Assembly (NCBI GenBank): GCA_950097015.1
Contig: CATNEN010000039.1
Span: 310,001-374,000, forward strand
DNA: 64,000 bases
Direction: 5' to 3'
Origin: Macrostomum hystrix
Lineage: Eukaryota; Animalia; Platyhelminthes
The notes beneath the pieces are model-generated. The model saw nothing but the letters and a program-made list of their open reading frames with translations. It searched no databases and was not told where the DNA came from. Positions 12,414 through 22,900 of this stretch are shown here, one piece after another (positions within the stretch are counted from its first letter, which is position 1; each line of letters starts with the position of its first letter). The position numbers and the translations under genes were made by a program.

Positions 12414-15400
12414 ATGCTCTCGGTCCTGTCCCGGTCCCAAGGCACTCGCCTCATCAGCCTGGCAGCCAGTGTCTGCAAGCCCAGCAGGCCACTGCCTCTG
12501 TTCTGCCCACTGCCAGCCCAGTCACTGCTGAGCTGCCGTTGCTGCTCTGCACATACCAAGCAGCAGGCACAGTCCACGCCACAACAGCCACCTCGAGCTC
12601 AGGAAGGTCGATGGACAGGTAGAAATATAATTCTTATTGCTCTGGAGATCTTTAGTGCACAACAGTGTGAAGTGTGCAACTGTTGTGCACAAGGCAGGGT
12701 AACTGAACAGAGTGAAGTGTGCAGCTGTTGTGCACAAGGCAGGGTAACTGAACAGAGTGAAGTGTGCAGCTGCAGTGCACAAGGCAGGGTAACTGAACAG
12801 AGTGAAGTGTGCAACTGTTGTGCACAAGGCAGGGTAACTGAACAGAGTGAAGTGTGCAGCTGCAGTGCACAAGGCAGGGTAACTGAACAGAGTGAAGTGT
12901 GCAACTGTTGTGCACAAGGCAGGGTAACTGAATAGAGTGAAGTGTGCAGCTGCAGTGCACAAGGCAGGGTAACTGAACAGAGTGAAGTGTGCAGCTGCAG
13001 TGCACAAGGCAGGGTAACTGAACAGAGTGAAGTGTGCAGCTGCAGTGCACAAGGCAGGGTAACTGAATAGAGTGAAGTGTGCAACTGTTGTGCACAAGGC
13101 AGGGTAACTGAACAGAGTGAAGTGTGCAGCTGCAGTGCACAAGGCAGGGTAACTGAATAGAGTGAAGTGTGCAACTGTTGTGCACAAGGCAGGGTAACTG
13201 AACAGAGTGAAGTGTGCAGCTGCAGTGCACAAGGCAGGGTAACTGAACAGAGTGAAGTGTGCAGCTGCAGTGCACAAGGCAGGGTAACTGAATAGAGTGA
13301 AGTGTGCAGCTGTTGTGCACAAGGCAGGGTAACTGAACAGAGTGAAGTGTGCAGCTGCAGTGCACAAGGCAGGGTAACTGAACAGAGTGAAGTGTGCAGC
13401 TGCAGTGCACAAGGTAGGGTAAGTAAACAGAGAAGTGTGCAGCTGTAGAGCACAAGGCAGGGTAACTGAACAGAGTGAAGTGTGCAGCTGCAGTGCACAA
13501 GGCAGGGTAAGTAAACAGAGAAGTGTGCAGCTGTAGTGCACAAGGCAGGGTAAGTAAACAGAGAAGTGTGCAGCTGTAGTGCACAAGGCAGGGTAAGTAA
13601 ACAGAGAAGTGTGCAGCTGTAGAGCACAAGGCAGGGTAACTGAACAGAGTGAAGTGTGCAGCTGTAGAGCACAAGGCAGGGTAACTGAACAGAGTGAAGT
13701 GTGCAGCTGCAGTGCACAAGGCAGGGTAACTGAACAGAGTGAAGTGTGCAGCTGCAGTGCACAAGGCAGGGTAACTGAACAGAGTGAAGTGTGCAGCTGC
13801 AGTGCACAAGGCAGGGTAAGTAAACAGAGAAGTGTGCAGCTGTAGTGCACAAGGCAGGGTAAGTAAACAGAGAAGTGTGCAGCTGTAGTGCACAAGGCAG
13901 GGTAAGTAAACAGAGAAGTGTGCAGCTGTAGTGCACAAGGCAGGGTAAGTAAACAGAGAAGTGTGCAGCTGTAGAGCACAAGGCAGGGTAACTGAACAGA
14001 GTGAAGTGTGCAGCTGCAGTGCACAAGGCAGGGTAACTGAATAGAGTGAAGTGTGCAGCTGCAGTGCACAAGGCAGGGTAAGTAAACAGAGAAGTGTGCA
14101 GCTGTAGAGCACAAGGCAGGGTAACTTAACGATGACCACAGTCATTGTGTTAATACACAAATACAAAAATATTGCGTTGTGTATTTTAATGCGCCTGACA
14201 AGTAATAGCTCAGAATGCAGCTTCTTGAAGATGCATTCCATGGTTCCGGCCCATTTGCTCTGAGAATTTTCCTACCGCCTTATGGATGTCACCAGTAGTT
14301 TCTTTAAGTTGTTCTCCTCAAGCTGTTTTTAAATCCATTCCATCCATCCAAAAAGCGTGTCGCAAACTGGAACTTAAGCCTGCAGGTCCATCGCATGTTT
14401 ATTTTCTGCTTTGCTGATATCATAAGCTCTACCTTTAATTCCCGCCGCAGGCAAGAACAGCTGGAAGCTCAGCATGGCGCTGTTCGGCGCCTTTGTTTCA
14501 GTCGGCGCAGCCGGAGCACTGATATCCTTCGGCCAGCCAGAGGCAGACGAGGCCGGTAGGCAGGTGCCAGACCGTTTCTCTGACCGGCCGTTGCCACTTG
14601 CCTACCTACTGCGAGCCGCGTCCAACATACGCGATCTAAGCCGAAGCATTCAGGCCCCGATCTCCGATAAGCTGCTGCCAGACCCCGCCCAGCCGCCCTA
14701 CTACCAGCCACCCTACACCCTGGTACTGGAGGTCACCGGCATCCTGCTTCATAGCGAGTGGTCCTTCCGCACCGGCTGGCGCTTTAAGAAGCGACCCGGC
14801 CTGGACGTTTTCCTTCAGCAGGTGGCGCCGTACTTTGAGGTGGTGGTCTACTCCAAAGACACAATGATGAACCTGGAACCCGTGCTCGCTCAGGTTTGTG
14901 TGAACCATTCTATTTCGTGCCAACGTGCATGTGGTTGTACAGCAAGGCCATTGATTGGATAAAATTGCTTGAGTGGTAGAGTGTTGCAGTTTTTTTGCCA
15001 GAAAAAGTAAATAAAAACCAGAATCACAGCTTGCCTTCGATTGCAACAGTGCCGAATTTACTCGCTGAATCCTGGCTAGGTGGACCCGAACAAGCAGTTC
15101 CTACACTACCGGTTGTACCGGGAGTGCACTCGCTACCGAGAAGGCGTGCACCTGAAGGACCTGTCCTGCCTAAACCGGGACCTGTCCAAGGTGGTTTTCG
15201 TAGACTGGGACGCCAAGGCCGGCCAGCTTCAGTCGCGCAACTGCCTGGTAATGCGGCGCTGGCGTGGCGACGACCGCGACCTAGAGCTTATTGACCTGGC
15301 TGCCTTTTTGCGCATGCTGCTGGCCGAGCGCGTTGACGATGTGCGCGACGTGCTGGAGTTCTACAGCGGCTTCGATGACCCCATGGCCGAGTTTCGGATG

Positions 15401-15541
15401 CGTCAGCAGCAGTTGGTCGAGTCTCAGGAGGCTGCGAAGAAGCGCAAGACGGCCGCCACTGCAGGAGGCAGCAGCGGCTACGGGCGGAAGGCTGGTCCGC
15501 TGAGCGGCTTCGGCCTGAGCGGCTTGCGGAGTCACGACTGA
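12414..15541 (+). CDS. TIMM50: Mitochondrial import inner membrane translocase subunit TIM50
   Basis: Exons 12414-12618, 14451-14893 and 15080-15541, phases compatible. Arg/Ser/Leu-rich presequence, one hydrophobic segment, then [44 protein letters not shown] and [15 protein letters not shown] (FCP1-like domain lacking the DxDxT motif, as in TIM50). Confidence 0.95.
12655..14125. repeat. 45/43 bp minisatellite in TIM50 intron 1
   Basis: Unit TGCACAAGGCAGGGTAACTGAACAGAGTGAAGTGTGCAGCTGCAG; the 43 bp variant contains CAGG|GTAAGT. Confidence 0.97.
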
Positions 15542-16154
15542 GCGGCGGATCACCTCTGCTTCTTCAGCGCTTGACTAATTGGCGGGCACCAGAACTCTTG
15601 GCTTGGTGTGACTGCGATGTTTTGCTGGCGCTGGGATAGCTCCTATATAACTCTGCTGGTTGGTGAGCTGCTGCCATTCAACAGTGTCATACATTTCATT
15701 TGCAGTCACTTCAAATCAGGAATCCTGAGATTCACTGCTCCAGCCTAGCTGTATGCATTGCGGCTTACACTCTAAGGTTTCACCACCGCTGTTTTACACA
15801 GCATGTATTTTCCCGATGAATTTTTCTGTCATTGAGCGAGCTGAAGAGGGTCTGAGCCCGCTTACTTCTGCTGTAATCAAGGAGCCTTTTTCAGACTATT
15901 TTGCTTATTTGTCCACCTTTTTGTATCTAATCCTGATTTTCAAACGCTTACCTTGATCCGCTGAGCAGTGCCTGCTTATCCATGGGCTCTGGAATGCTCT
16001 CTGGGGAGCAGCCAGTCCCAGCTTTAAAGCTGCACCTTAATTGCCCCAGCGCAGCATTTTCTGTTCTCGTGTGCGGCCCAGTTCTGTGTGCTGATAGATC
16101 TTTCTCAGTCCATTTCTGCCTAGCTACCAGTTAGCTGTCCCTTACACCGCGCGT

Positions 16155-16160
16155 AATAAA
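16155..16160 (+). terminator. Putative polyadenylation signal of TIM50
   Basis: First AATAAA after the stop codon, followed by a T-rich tract. Confidence 0.6.
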
Positions 16161-16341
16161 AGAATTCGCATCGCTGCCTGTTTGACTTACTGCGAATTAC
16201 TCTGTATTCGCCTTGCTTGACACTTTATTTCATTGCGTTCTCAGCGCAGATTTGCAGTCTAAACTTGTTAAGGATCGTTTTTAGCGATGAGCAGAGCTGT
16301 TCTGTGTATCGCCTGGCTTCATCCACTAGCGTGCTGTTCAT

Positions 16342-16890
16342 AGTCAGTCTGGGAATGACCAACAGTCAGTCTGAGAATGACCAACAGTCAGTCTGGGAAT
16401 GACCAACAGTCAGTCTGGGAATGACCCAACAGTCAGTCTGGGAATGACCAACAGTCAGTCTGGGAATGACCAACAGTCAGTCTGGGAATGACCAACAATC
16501 AGTCTAAGAATGACCAACAGTCAGTCTGGGAATGACCAACAATCAGTCTAAGAATGACCAACAGTCAGTCTGGGAATGACCAACAGTCAGTCTGGGAATG
16601 ACCCAACAGTCAGTCTGGGAATGACCAACAGTCAGTCTGGGAATGACCAACAGTCAGTCTGGGAATGACCAATAATCAGTCTAAGAATGACCAACAGTCA
16701 GTCTGGGAATGACCCAACAGTCAGTCTGGGAATGACCAACAGTCAGTCTGGGAATGACCAACAATCAGTCTGGGAATGACCAACAGTCAGTCTGGGAATG
16801 ACCAACAGTCAGTCTGGGAATGACGAACAGTCAGTCTGGGAATGACCAACAATCAGTCTGGGAATGACCAACAGTCAGTCTGGGAATGAC
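16342..16890. repeat. 22 bp minisatellite between TIM50 and AGL
   Basis: Unit AGTCAGTCTGGGAATGACCAAC, about 25 copies. Confidence 0.97.
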
Positions 16891-16953
16891 CATGGCCATC
16901 CGAGAAGGACTAAATGAGTAATTTTCAATTCTACCGCATTCAGCGCCTGACCG

Positions 16954-19900
16954 ATGGATGCCACTAACATCGGTCTCTCCGCGCAGCCGCAGTCCTCCGT
17001 GCTGGAGTTGCCACTCAGTGAAGGCCTGAACACTGAGGGCTCCCTGCACCGCATGCGCACTGGAGATGTGCTGCGCTTCACCCTGAACCACAGCCTGGCC
17101 GGACAGCACAGCTGCCTGCTGCTGCACACCAACCACCCGCCCGCTGCCGACACCGCCTTCAGTCGGACCGCCTGGCGCCGCTTGGCCTTCACCGTCTCCC
17201 ATCCGTTCGACTCCTTCGACGCCTTCGCCGACCTTCTCATCTGCCAGGCCGGGTGCTTCGACTTCCGGGTTCTTCGTCCGGCTGCCCTTGGCGAAACCAA
17301 AGCAGTAGTTGCTGAGCCAGTTCTTGTTGCTACCGGCAGCTTCGTTGTGGAACCGCAGCTGCCGCTCGCGGTGCCGCTGCAGGTCTGAAAACCCTGACAT
17401 GGCGTGACATTGTGCACGTAGCAGTCTACCAAAGAAGGAATTTATGGAAGGAAAGATAGAAGGAAGAAAAAAACAAAATAAGGCCTTTATGTGAGCTTTG
17501 CTGGTTAACTGAGCTCACGCCTCAGTTAATGCCAGTTGTAATGAGTCTGTCCCCATTGAGCTCACGCCTCAGTTAATGCCAGTTGTAATGAGTCTGTCCC
17601 CATTGAGCTCACGCCTCAGTTAATGCCAGTTGTAATGAGTCTGTCCCCATTGAGCTCACGCCTCAGTTAATGCCAGTTGTAATGAGTCTGTCCCCATTGA
17701 GCTCACGCCTCAGTTAATGCCAGTTGTAATGAGTCTGTCCCCATTGAGCTCACGCCTCAGTTAATGCCAGTTGTAATGAGTCCTTCCTGCTTCTTTACTC
17801 CTTCCCGCAGGGCCTGATGGTGCAGACCTACCTAACGAAAAGCCTCGGGCCGCTGACCGGCTGGATGCCTCGTCTGTCCGTTGCAGCCGCCTGCGGCTAC
17901 AACATGATCCACTTTACCCCGCTGCAGGAGCTGGGCTACTCGCAGTCCGCCTACTCATTGCGGGACCAACTCAAGCCAAACCCCGCTATCGGCGCGGATT
18001 GGCCCGCCATCGCATCGCTGCTTGCCCGGCTGCAGCAGGAGCTAGGCCTACTGTCTATGGCGGACCTAGTCTACAACCACTCGGCCAATGACTCGCCCTG
18101 GCTGGCTGAGCATCCTGAGTGCGCCTATAACTTAATGAACAGCCCGCACCTGCGGCCCGCCTACCTGGTTGACCGCGCCATCGTATACTGGTCTGACTGC
18201 ATCGCCAGAGGCGACTTTGCGGCTGATGGGCTGGGACCCGAGGTGACCACGGAGGAGCAGTTAGAGAAGGTGTGTGGGTTGACTGTCTGATTTAAGCTTA
18301 AGCTTTAAACTAAAGCTTTAGTTATAAGTCTGTGCGCAAGTAGATTTCATTTGTTCCATTCCTGTCTGTCACCAACTGACCCAGGCCAAGCACAAGCTGC
18401 AAGCCATAGTTAACGGACTCAACATTGTGGACTTTTACCTGTGCCACGTGAATAATCTGGTGGCCGAGTTCTCCTCCTACTTGGTGTCTGGTCACTGTCC
18501 AACAACCGGTCAGCTTGATTCCCTGGCTCCTGAGCTGCTGTTGCTGATGCCAGACCCAGCCTACCGCAGGCACGGCTGCCGGGTGCGTTTCGAGTTGGCC
18601 GCCAAGTACCACTACCTGCCTGTCAGACACCTGCCCTGTTCAGTTGACCGTGCCGCTGACAGCCTGCGCCAGCATCTGGACTATCTCAATGCTGAGAGGG
18701 CCAAGGAAATCGCCAATCATCTCAATGCTGCTGTGGACAATGCTATCGCAGGAGCCCGATACAGGTGAGAGTTCTCAGTTGCTTCTCATGCTCACTTCTC
18801 ATGTGATCGGAAAAGGAGAGAGTTCTCAGTTGCTTCTCTTGCTCACTTCTCATGTGATTGGAACAGGTGAGAGTTCTCAGTTGCCTGTCATGTTGACTTG
18901 GCTGTGATTGCCGCAGTTGAGTTCAAGTATGAGCAAACTGGCTTCTCCACTCAGGTTCGTGAACCCCAGCGGTGATCGGCTTGGCCGGGTCACAGCGGAT
19001 AGCCCAATGGTGTGGAACTACTTCCTTCACCAATGGCCAGATGTGCCGCTGTCCAGCTGTGAGCGAGAAGTCATGGACCGGCCGGAGCGGGCTGTGCGTG
19101 TGATGGCGCACAATGGCTGGGTAATGAATGACGACCCGATGCGCAACTTCGCTGAGCAGGCCGACTGCAATGTATTTCTTCGCCGCGAGCTGATCGTGTG
19201 GGGTGACTCGGTAAAGCTTCGCTACGGCCAATGTGCAGACGATTGTCCCTTTCTGTGGCAGCACATGGCTGAGTACACCGAAAGAACCGCCCGCATGTTC
19301 CACGCGGTGCGGCTCGACAACTGCCACTCCACTCCGCTGCATGTGGCACAGCACATGCTGGACCTGGCCCGCGCCGTGCGGCCCGACCTCTACGTGACGG
19401 GCGAGCTATTCACGGGCTCTGAGAGGCTGGATAACATCTTTATCAGCCGCTTGGGCATCAGCTCCTGCATCCGGGAGGGTCTGAGTGCCTGGAGCCCGTT
19501 CGAGCTAGGCAGACAGGTGTACAAGTAAGTCCATGTTTATGATGCCGTGCAGGAGTCTATCATAGCGCTTTCTTCTATGGCAGACTGCCATCTTATGGCC
19601 TGACAGTCCAACCGATGTCGGTCCTACCTGCATATAACTGCAGGTCTTACCTGCTATTAGCAAAATGTACAAATAAGCAGTCACAAAAAGCTCTGGAGCA
19701 AGATCAGGCAATTTCTCTCTGGGGAAAGACCAAGGGGTATTTCAAATACCCAAATAATTAACAGTCTATGTATTTTCTCATTATTGCATGTATGCTCTAA
19801 TTCTTGATTGTGCTTGTAACATTCACTGTTCGTTGGATTTGTTTCTTAGTTACTGTCTTTATAAAAGTCTTTAGTTGTCTTTAGTTGCTGTCCTTATGAA

Positions 19901-22900
19901 ACAAAGAAAACAAAGTCTATATCTTTTTTTCATTTGGGGCTTCAATCCACAACATACCATTAATTCCACCTGCTGACGGTGCCGACGGCGTCGGGCTGGC
20001 GACCATGATTGGCTGACAGACTATGGGAGCATGCCTTGTAGCTGAGTGTTGCCCAATTTCGAGGCTTGATGCCACCTGTTGAAGGTCCAGCAGCTCTGTC
20101 TGGATAAAGGGCGGTGACCACCGAATTCGGAGATGATGCAGAGGCACATTCGGGTGACGTGCTGATAAAGTTCGAAGGCCTGGCAAGGCCGCACTGAGAC
20201 GCAGTGCTAATTCGTCTATAGGGTGTATGAAATACACTAGCGCTTAGTTGGCCTTAGTTGAGTTTCGTTTGCTTGCGTTGCTCCATTCGGGCGCGGCAAA
20301 AAAAATTGTCAGCGGGAATAATACCCCCTCTTGGTATAAAAACGGGAGGCAAAATGGCTTGGCAGTCCTACTGTTAATTTTTTGTTTCCAAAAATATTCA
20401 ACCAATCGCAATGAAAATCCTGAACACGGGCTAAAATTTTCCGCTCTATCCGATGAAACAACTTTCAGAATCACAAAAAATCTGCATCGTCAAGATATTC
20501 AACGATTCTCGTCGGGAGTCTGGTGGCAAAAACGAAAAATATAGGCGAAAATTTTCCAGTCACAAAATTTCATCATGTAATCATGTCGGCTAATATTGGT
20601 GACGAAGACGATATTGTATTGCTTCTTTTGTTAACTTATACACTTATAAACCAATGTGGATTCGCCAAAGATTATTATACAGAGCGATGTTATTTGTCCA
20701 TGTCATGTCTTTCTATTGTTAAGAGCTTCTCCTGGAGCTAAAAAACAAACCTTAATATCCAAATTCAAATTTACTTGAAGTATGAAGACATAAGTTACAC
20801 TTACCTCAGATCAGCTGTTGTAGATTTCTCAGAGGATACACATGACACGCTCGTAATCCAGCTGTAAAGACAGACTAAAGATCCTGTCATTGATTTTCAG
20901 TTCCACTTGCCAACTCATTTCCCGGATTTCACTGCAGCTTAAACCATCATTCCTAAGCTCAATCCGCTGTCACATCCGCCCCAGATACGGTGGCCCGCCA
21001 GTGGGCGACCTGCAGCGTGAGCGCAGCCACCTGCTCTGCTCAGCTGTGTCGCGCGCGCTGCTGTTCGACGCCACTCACGACAACCCGAGCCCCGTGGAGG
21101 CCCGCTCTGCGCACAATCTGCTGCCCGCCGCTGCCCTGGTGGCCATGGCTGCCTGCGCCACAGGCAGCAATCGCGGCTGTGACGAGCTCGTTCCGCATCA
21201 TATCCACGTAGTTCGGGAGACCCGCCTGTACCAGACGGCACAGCAGGTGCGTTTTCGTTCTGCTGCTCCGCACCACCCTGCCAGCCTGACGTGACAATGC
21301 CATTTCGTGGCCTACGGCTTCAATTGGCCTTTAAATTACACCTGAGTACTAAATGTGCTCGAATTGCATTCCAACTCCAACTGAGCGTCCCACTGCAACT
21401 CAGCATCCCACGCCAACTCAGCATCCCATGCCAACTCAGCATCCCACGCCAACTCAGCATCCCACTCCAACTCAGCATCCCACTCCAACTCAGCATCCCA
21501 CTCCAACTCAGCATCCCACTGCAACTCAGCATCCCACGCCAACTCAGCATCCCACTCCAACTCAGCATCCCACTCCAACTCAGCATCCCACTGCAACTCA
21601 GCATCCCACTCCAAATCAGCATCCCACTCCAACTCAGCATCCCACTCCAACTCAGCATCCCACTGCAACTCAGCATCCCACTCCAAATCAGCATCCCACT
21701 CCAACTCAGCATCCCACTCCAACTCAGCATCCCACTGCAACTCAGCATCCCACTGCAACTCAGCATCCCACTGCAACTCAGCATCCCACGCCAACTCAGC
21801 ATCCCACTCCAACTCAGCATCCCACGCCAACTCAGCATCCCACTGCAGCTCAGCATCCCATTCCAACTCAGCATCCCACTCCAACTCAGCATCCCACTCC
21901 AACTCAGCATCCCACTGCAACTCAGCATCCCACTGCAACTCAGCATCCCACTCCAACTCAGCATCCCACTGCAACTCAGCATCCCACGCCAACTCAGCAT
22001 CCCATGCCAACTCAGCATCCCACGCCAACTCAGCATCCCACTCCAACTCAGCATCCCACTCCAACTCAGCATCCCACTCCAACTCAGCATCCCACTGCAA
22101 CTCAGTCCAAATCTCCGCTGCAAACCCTCAGGTTGAAAAGGAACCGGCTGTCACTAAAGGGAAGCGCATTGTTAACCAGCTACACGCTTACTTGGCTGCC
22201 GAGGGCTTCAATGAGCAGTTCGTGGACCAGGTGACAGACTCGGTTGTAGCCGTGACCCGCCATAATCCTAGCAACCACCAGAGTGTCATCCTTGTGGCCC
22301 ACACCGCCTTCTCGCCGCCCCCCGCTGGAGCAGCAGCCGCCTCACCTCGAGTTCCACCTCTGCCCATCAGCGGCAGCATCCCTGAGGTCATCTTCGAGAT
22401 GACCTTCAGCCAGAGGCTGGTGGAGTTTGTACGTGACCCCGATGTCATCAACGGCCTCTCGGGCTGCTCCCTGGAGGTACAGGAGCACGTGCCGCTGGAG
22501 AAGTCTCTGCTGGTCGCTCTTGAGGGAGATCAGCTGCACTTTAAGCACCTGCCACCTGGAGCCGTGAGTTGTCCTGCAGGACTAACTGGTTAACAGTAGA
22601 AAGACCACCATATATTTTCAAATGCACACACTGCCTACTTCACGATAGCTCCCAAACCGAATGACCGAGTTTCGTAACAGTTTACAATATGCATAAAAAT
22701 TTTAAGCCCTTTACCCGAGGATGAGCTAACTTTCAAAGCCGTTCGAGTCAGCATCGTCCAGATATTCAGAGATTCTTGTCGAAGATACTGGTTGCAAGGA
22801 CAACTAACACTGCTCGTTATAAACCTCTTTGGCGAATCCACATAGGTTGAAAAGTGTATAAATTAACAATATAAGCAACAAAATATAGTCACCAATGCTA

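Noticed and set aside
12522-14241. ORFs of 490-530 aa on the minus strand
   Set aside because: Minisatellite translations inside TIM50 intron 1.
21291-22234. Mucin-like (TQHPTP)n and (WDAELE)n ORFs
   Set aside because: An 18 bp repeat open in several frames on both strands, lying inside a phase-compatible AGL intron.
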